Below, piece after piece: positions 27,502-32,000 of a stretch of 32,000 nucleotides of DNA. The stretch is taken from assembly GCF_035285525.1 (NCBI RefSeq), contig NZ_JAYKGW010000070.1, positions 1 to 32,000 on the forward strand. The letters run 5' to 3'. The notes under the pieces are model-generated. The model did no database searches. It saw only the letters and a list, made by a program, of their open reading frames with translations, and was not told the DNA's origin. The DNA comes from Okeania sp. (GTDB lineage Bacteria > Cyanobacteriota > Cyanobacteriia > Cyanobacteriales > Microcoleaceae). Each line of letters begins with the position of its first letter. The stretch's first letter is position 1. The translations under genes were made by a program, and so were the position numbers.

Positions 27502-27621
27502 GAAAATAAAGATAATTCTAGTAACATAAAATCAAGGTAATTACCATAACATAATATTTGTTGATTATAAAGTCAAAATCTTACGGTTCAATATCATAAT
27601 TGAAAAAACTTTTTTAGATAT

Positions 27622-29016
27622 ATGCGATCGCGAACAACTAGGGAAGGTTCAGTCGGTTTATTAGCCTTATTAGGAATAGGTTTATTTGGGGCTTTAGTTT
27701 TTTGGCTAAAGGGAATAGAATTAGGTAAACGTAGTTATATTGTTATAGTTGAATTTGAAAGTGCATCTAGTGTTGATATAGGCACATTAGTTAGGTATCG
27801 AGGTATTGATGTTGGACAAGTAGTAGATATTAAACCAGGGCCGAATGGGGTAGATATTTCTCTAGAAATTAAGCCAGAAGATTTAATTATACCTCGTGAT
27901 GTATACATCCAAACTAATATATCGTCATTTATTGGTACTGCTCATATAGATATTATTCCGAGAGGAAAAATACCAGAATCAAAAATTTCTGCTACTCCTT
28001 TATCGCCAAATTGTCCAGAAATAATTATCTGTAATAATGACCGTTTACAGGGAGATGCCGGAGTAGAAATGCAGCAATTATTAAGAGCAGGAATGCGTTT
28101 TATTGATGTTTATAGTGACCCAGAATTTTTTGATAATCTGAAGATAATTGCTAAAAATACAGCGGATGCTTCTGCTGAAGCTTCTAAGGTAGCTAAACAA
28201 CTTTCTAAATTATCAGAAACTTTGGAAAAAGAAATGGACAGTTTAAGTCAAGATTTAACAGAAGATGTTGATAATATAACAGTAGTTCTGGAAGGAGAAA
28301 TTGGCGGTTTGACTAAAACTATGAAAGGAGAAATTGGCGGTTTGACTAAAACTATAAAAGGAGAAATTGGTGGTTTAAGCAATAAAGTAGAGCAAGATTT
28401 AGACAGTTTAACTCAAACAGTGAATCAAGAAGTGAGTAATATTTCTAGTCAAGTAACTACTGTTACTGATGCCATGAAAGAATCTACAAAAAAAGTTTCT
28501 TCTGCTGCCATCTCTTCAGCAAATTCTGCTGAGAAAGTAGCTAATAAATTTAGCATAACAGCAGATAATATTAATGGGATTGTGAAGACAAATCGTTCTA
28601 ATATTATTAATACATTGGAAAATCTGGAAAAAACAACTGAAAAATTAGTAGTGTTAACAGAAAGCTTAAGTCCTATTACTAATGAATTAGAAAAAGGAGA
28701 GTTTATTAATAATCTGAAAATATTATCAGCAAATGCGGTAGAAACTTCTGCAAATTTACGAGATTTTTCTAGTGATTTAAACAATCAGAAAAATATTCTT
28801 CTGTTGCAAGAAACATTAGATTCTGCTAGAGTAACATTAGAAAATGTGCAGAAAGTAACGTCAGATTTGGATGATATTACAGGGGATAAAAAGTTTAGGG
28901 AAAGTCTCAAACAAATTGTTAATGGATTAGGTGATTTATTATCTTCAACTAAGGATTTGGAGGAACAAACTAGGGTTGCTAAAAATATTGAAGTTTTGTT
29001 GAAAGAAAGTAATTAA
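27622..29016 (+). CDS. MlaD/MCE-family protein (TGD2-like) with a long repeat-containing alpha-helical C-terminal extension
   Basis: N-terminal TM (VGLLALLGIGLFGALVFWL), then an MCE-type beta-barrel region (V.F.....V..G..VRYRGIDVGQV), then about 280 aa of E/K/L/S/T-rich sequence. Confidence 0.85.
   Translation: MRSRTTREGSVGLLALLGIGLFGALVFWLKGIELGKRSYIVIVEFESASSVDIGTLVRYRGIDVGQVVDIKPGPNGVDISLEIKPEDLIIPRDVYIQTNISSFIGTAHIDIIPRGKIPESKISATPLSPNCPEIIICNNDRLQGDAGVEMQQLLRAGMRFIDVYSDPEFFDNLKIIAKNTADASAEASKVAKQLSKLSETLEKEMDSLSQDLTEDVDNITVVLEGEIGGLTKTMKGEIGGLTKTIKGEIGGLSNKVEQDLDSLTQTVNQEVSNISSQVTTVTDAMKESTKKVSSAAISSANSAEKVANKFSITADNINGIVKTNRSNIINTLENLEKTTEKLVVLTESLSPITNELEKGEFINNLKILSANAVETSANLRDFSSDLNNQKNILLLQETLDSARVTLENVQKVTSDLDDITGDKKFRESLKQIVNGLGDLLSSTKDLEEQTRVAKNIEVLLKESN
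28294..28380 (+). repeat. in-frame 33-bp tandem repeat (about 2.6 copies) inside the MlaD-family gene
   Basis: GGAGAAATTGGCGGTTTGACTAAAACTATGAAA at 28294-28326 is repeated at 28327-28359, with a partial third unit. It encodes GEIGGLTKTMK GEIGGLTKTIK GEIGGLS. Confidence 0.88.
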
Positions 29017-29470
29017 TAATGGATAATTAGGGCTTGCTGAAAAAGTTGTAGGTTGGGTTGAGGGACGAAACCCAACACAACTTCGTTATATTTCTAAATC
29101 TCCCCTTTGACAAAACGCCATAATGTATAATGCACAAGAGATAGGTCGGATTGTCCACCCCTATTTACTGGGTACAATATAAATAAATTGTTAAATTATC
29201 TAGTAAACCTAACCCTTTATGTTGTGGTAAGGGTGAGTCGCAATACATGACTACATTTTAGCAGATATTCCCTACAAATCTTTGTTAAGAAATATTACAG
29301 AATTACATGGCTACGTCTAGAAAAGGCGGTCGCGGAGCGCGGAAGGTCGTTCTATGGCTATATCATAAGACTGAAAGGGGTTTCATAGTTTTATAGTACA
29401 TTTGGCTGCGGGGGGGAAGTTCAGATATTGTGGTTTCACTCCATACCACCCCTACTATGGATAATTAATT

Positions 29471-29683
29471 TTGTATGAGGGCGGGTTTATCTAAATTTTC
29501 GAGTAAGTATGAAAGTTATAGTTAAAACCCGCCCCTACTAATTGTATGAGGGCAGGTTGAGCTAAATTTTAGGGTGAGTATGAAAGTTACAGGTAAAATC
29601 AGCCCCTACTAATTGTATGAGGGCGGGTTGAGCTAAATTTTAGGGTGAGTATGAAAGTTATAGGTAAAACCAGCCCCTACTAA
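29471..29683. repeat. three tandem units of about 71 bp of a GAGGGCGGGTT...AAAACCCGCCCCTAC hairpin element between the convergent mlaD-like and thrB genes
   Basis: The unit TTGTATGAGGGC(G/A)GGTT.A.CTAAATTTT.G.GT.AGTATGAAAGTTA.AG.TAAAA.C.GCCCCTACTAA occurs three times. It ends 13 bp from the thrB stop. Confidence 0.85.
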
Positions 29684-29695
29684 AAAATAATTGTT

Positions 29696-30598
29696 TTAGC
29701 TACAAACTGCACCTTTAGTATCAATTTCTAAAACTTTTACTTCAGCAATTACTCCTTGATTTTTCCAAGCATCAGTCATTGCCACTACTACTTTTGAACT
29801 TACTGATGAATTTGTCAAAGCTAATAAAGTTGGACCTGCACCACTAATTACCATTTCATAAGCACCAGCATTTAAAGCAGCAGAACGCACATTTTCATAT
29901 CCTTTAATTAAAGACTTACGGTAGGGTTGATGAATTTTATCTTGCATTCCAGTTTCCAACCACTCTCGACGACCAGTTTCTAAACCTCTCAACAAAATTC
30001 CAATATGACCAGAATTAAATATAGCATCAGCACGACTATATTCTCCTGGTAAAACTTGTCGCGCTTCTACTGTTGAAAGTTCAAAGTTGGGTATTGCTAC
30101 TACTGGCACAATATCCGAATGCCAGGGAATATCGCATATTTCCCAACCTCTGGAGGTAGAAGCGGTTAAACGACAACCACCAAGTAAGGCAGGTACCACA
30201 TTATCTGGATGGCCTTCAATGGCGATCGCTAAGTTCATTACTTCTGTTTGACTTAAGGGATTTCCTGCTAATTGATTGGCCCCTATTAAACCTCCGACTA
30301 TTGCGGTGGCCGAACTTCCTAATCCTCTGGCTAAGGGTACGCCTAAATCAATCTCAATTAACACAGATTGGGGAGTTTGGTCGATATGTTCATATAATTT
30401 TACAAATGCTTGATAGGCAAGATTGCTTTTGTCTGTGTTGACTCGTGGAGCTTCTTTGCCTGTGACGATGATTTTTACTTCTGTGGCGCTATCGGCAATG
30501 GAGAATTTGAAGCGGTTATATTGGGATAGGGCGGCTCCGAGGCAGTCGAAACCTGGGCCTAAGTTGGCGGTAGTTGCAGGTACGGTAATGGTGGTCAT
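29696..30598 (-). CDS. thrB: homoserine kinase
   Basis: VPATTANLGPGFDCLGAAL, the GHMP motif PLARGLGSSATAIV, and HPDNV.PAL.GG. Confidence 0.93.
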   Translation of the reverse strand: MTTITVPATTANLGPGFDCLGAALSQYNRFKFSIADSATEVKIIVTGKEAPRVNTDKSNLAYQAFVKLYEHIDQTPQSVLIEIDLGVPLARGLGSSATAIVGGLIGANQLAGNPLSQTEVMNLAIAIEGHPDNVVPALLGGCRLTASTSRGWEICDIPWHSDIVPVVAIPNFELSTVEARQVLPGEYSRADAIFNSGHIGILLRGLETGRREWLETGMQDKIHQPYRKSLIKGYENVRSAALNAGAYEMVISGAGPTLLALTNSSVSSKVVVAMTDAWKNQGVIAEVKVLEIDTKGAVCS

Positions 30599-30624
30599 TT
30601 CAGTTATCAGTTATCAGTTATCAG
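30599..30624 (-). repeat. STRR-like array abutting the thrB start codon
   Basis: On the thrB strand it reads GCTGATAACTGATAACTGATAACTGAA-ATG. This is identical to the 30 nt (27-nt leader plus ATG) that ends with the start codon of the helicase gene at 12426-12428. Confidence 0.9.
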
Positions 30625-30878
30625 CCAATACGGTTCAGTTAAGAATTTTTTGGCACTTTTTTACTTTGAAAAGCCTATATAATGGTTCCATATTTTATGA
30701 GTTTTCGTCTTAACTAAACTGTATTGAGTTATCAGCAGCTTTTTTGATAGCTATGCTTGATCAACATCTTTCTTAACATAAAACTTGACAAAACAGGCAG
30801 TTTTTTAATATCTAAAAAGGCTAAGATTTTTATCTGTCAATCTTTTTAGGGTTAATAGGCAACTCCTATATTTATTTT

Positions 30879-31290
30879 GTTGAATAAAAAGTCATGCGCA
30901 TAGGCGAACAGCCCCAGTTAATTTCTATCCTATCACAAAAAATGTGGGGGCGCAACCATATCTCTTTTTTACCGCCGATTTTTTTTCGGGAGCTTGAGGA
31001 AATGAAAATGTTTATGGTTTTGCACTCAAAAGTTATTGGCGAAAGGATTTGAGGATAGGGAAAAACCTTAAGTACCTCTAGTTGTGCCTTTGTACCTTGA
31101 CTCTTCTTTCCACAAGGGAAGGTGATCGCTTTCCTACTTTCTTGGGTTGAATAAAAAGTCATGCGTATAGACGAACAACCCCAGTTAATCTCTATCCTAT
31201 CACAAAAAATGTGGGGGCGCAACCATATCTCTTTTTTACCGCCGATTTTTTTCTGGAGCTTTAGAAAATGAAAATGTTTCTGGTTTTGCA
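30879..31290. repeat. two direct copies of about 145 bp (30879-31024 and 31146-31290) separated by about 120 bp of unique sequence; function unknown
   Basis: The copies differ by a handful of substitutions and one 1-bp indel in a T-run. The central 60 bp or so (CCTATCACAAAAAATGTGGGGGCGCAACCATATCTCTTTTTTACCGCCGATTTTTTT) is identical. Confidence 0.85.
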
Positions 31291-31500
31291 TTGAGGAAAA
31301 ATGGAAAGAGTCAGAAAGCAGAAGGCAGAATGGAAGAGCTTTTAGAGCGACTTTACTTTTTATTGCATAATTGCATAATTAGTTTTTCGTGCTTACCTAC
31401 TCTACTATAAGCAATAATTTAGAGCGCTTCCCGTTGCTCGTCAGGTACACTCCGATAGAGATAAAATGCCTGACACTACAATATTTTGACTTAAAAACCT

Positions 31501-32000
31501 CTAACTTTTGACTTTTGACTTTTGACTTTTGACTTGAAAACCTCCACCACCTGGAGTTTCAATCACAAACACATCACCCACATTCATCTCCACAGTAGCA
31601 ATACCTCCCAACTCCTCAACTTTTCCATCATTCCTTTCCACATAATTTTTTCCTACCAAACCATCACCCCCACCATTCAAACCAGGGGGAGAAACAAAGC
31701 GACGACCTGATAATATTCCAGCAGTCATCTCCTCCAAAAAACGCATTCGCCGAATTACCCCATCACCACCCTTATATAAACCTTCACCTCCACTACCATA
31801 ACGAATAGTAAAACTTTCTAGTAATATCGGAAAGCGGAATTCCAAAACTTCGGGATCGGTTAGCCGGGAGTTAGTCATGTGGGTATGCACCGCATCTGTG
31901 CCATTAAAGTTCATACCTGCACCAGAACCTCCACAGATAGTTTCATAATATTGATACTTACTATTACCAAAAGTAAAATTATTCATAGTTCCCTGAGATG
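31501..32000 (-). CDS. hydantoinase B / 5-oxoprolinase family protein, C-terminal portion; the CDS continues past the right window edge
   Basis: The frame stays open upstream of the track Met (..SQGTMNNFTFGN..). The conserved run is YYETICGGSGAG...THMTNSRLTDPEVLE.RFP...F.IR.GSGG.G...GGDG..R...F...M...ILS.RR...P.GL.GG..G. Confidence 0.88.
   Translation of the reverse strand, partial: SQGTMNNFTFGNSKYQYYETICGGSGAGMNFNGTDAVHTHMTNSRLTDPEVLEFRFPILLESFTIRYGSGGEGLYKGGDGVIRRMRFLEEMTAGILSGRRFVSPPGLNGGGDGLVGKNYVERNDGKVEELGGIATVEMNVGDVFVIETPGGGGFQVKSQKSKVKS
31504..31536 (-). repeat. heptamer array (GTCAAAA)x4 forming the last codons of the oxoprolinase-family CDS
   Basis: The plus strand reads ACTTTTGACTTTTGACTTTTGACTTTTGACTTG. 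Translated on the minus strand it gives QVKSQKSKVKS*. Confidence 0.85.

Noticed and set aside
30872-31291. 139-aa ORF spanning both 145-bp repeats, considered as a real internally duplicated protein
   Set aside because: A 1-bp indel makes the two copies translate in different frames over part of the repeat. The differences between copies are non-synonymous, and there is no RBS or recognisable motif.
1-32000. tRNA, rRNA, tmRNA and RNase P RNA genes
   Set aside because: Reading both strands by eye, I found no T-loop/acceptor-type signatures (GGTTCGA.TCC) and no conserved rRNA, tmRNA or RNase P blocks. A tRNAscan/Infernal run would be needed to exclude them formally.

Overview
This window looks like a chromosomal segment of a low-GC filamentous, Nostocales-type cyanobacterium. 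The basis is photosynthesis genes (petA 3' end, psbQ/CyanoQ), HIP1 octamers (GCGATCGC), heptanucleotide STRR-like arrays (CTGATAA/CAGTTAT, CCTTCTT, GTCAAAA) and intergenic regions full of MITE-like hairpin elements. Most of the window is ordinary housekeeping: alpha/beta hydrolase, patatin-like lipase, SDR, FAD oxidoreductase, stand-alone EF-G, TPR protein, Xi-class GST, tsaE, yvcK-like, an MlaF/MlaD-type lipid-transport pair, thrB and an oxoprolinase 3' end. The part worth attention is an accessory island at about 7.4-18.0 kb, between the FAD oxidoreductase and EF-G. It holds a decayed IS200/IS605-type tnpB and an intact single-polypeptide DarT(DUF4433)-macrodomain fusion, with toxin and DarG-like eraser in one chain. 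It also holds a nonsense-riddled MntA/HepT pair and an intact Uma2 (DUF820) nuclease-like gene. Its largest gene is a 1653-aa Upf1/DNA2-like SF1 helicase. In that protein Walker A and Walker B are separated by about 750 residues, mostly an apparently coiled-coil insertion of about 700 residues, and the helicase core follows an unassigned N-terminal region of about 590 aa. I consider the giant helicase, possibly once an operon with the upstream Uma2 gene, and the DarT-macro fusion the best candidates for an undescribed system. All calls come from reading translations and motifs by eye. No similarity search, HMM search, structure prediction or composition calculation was run.
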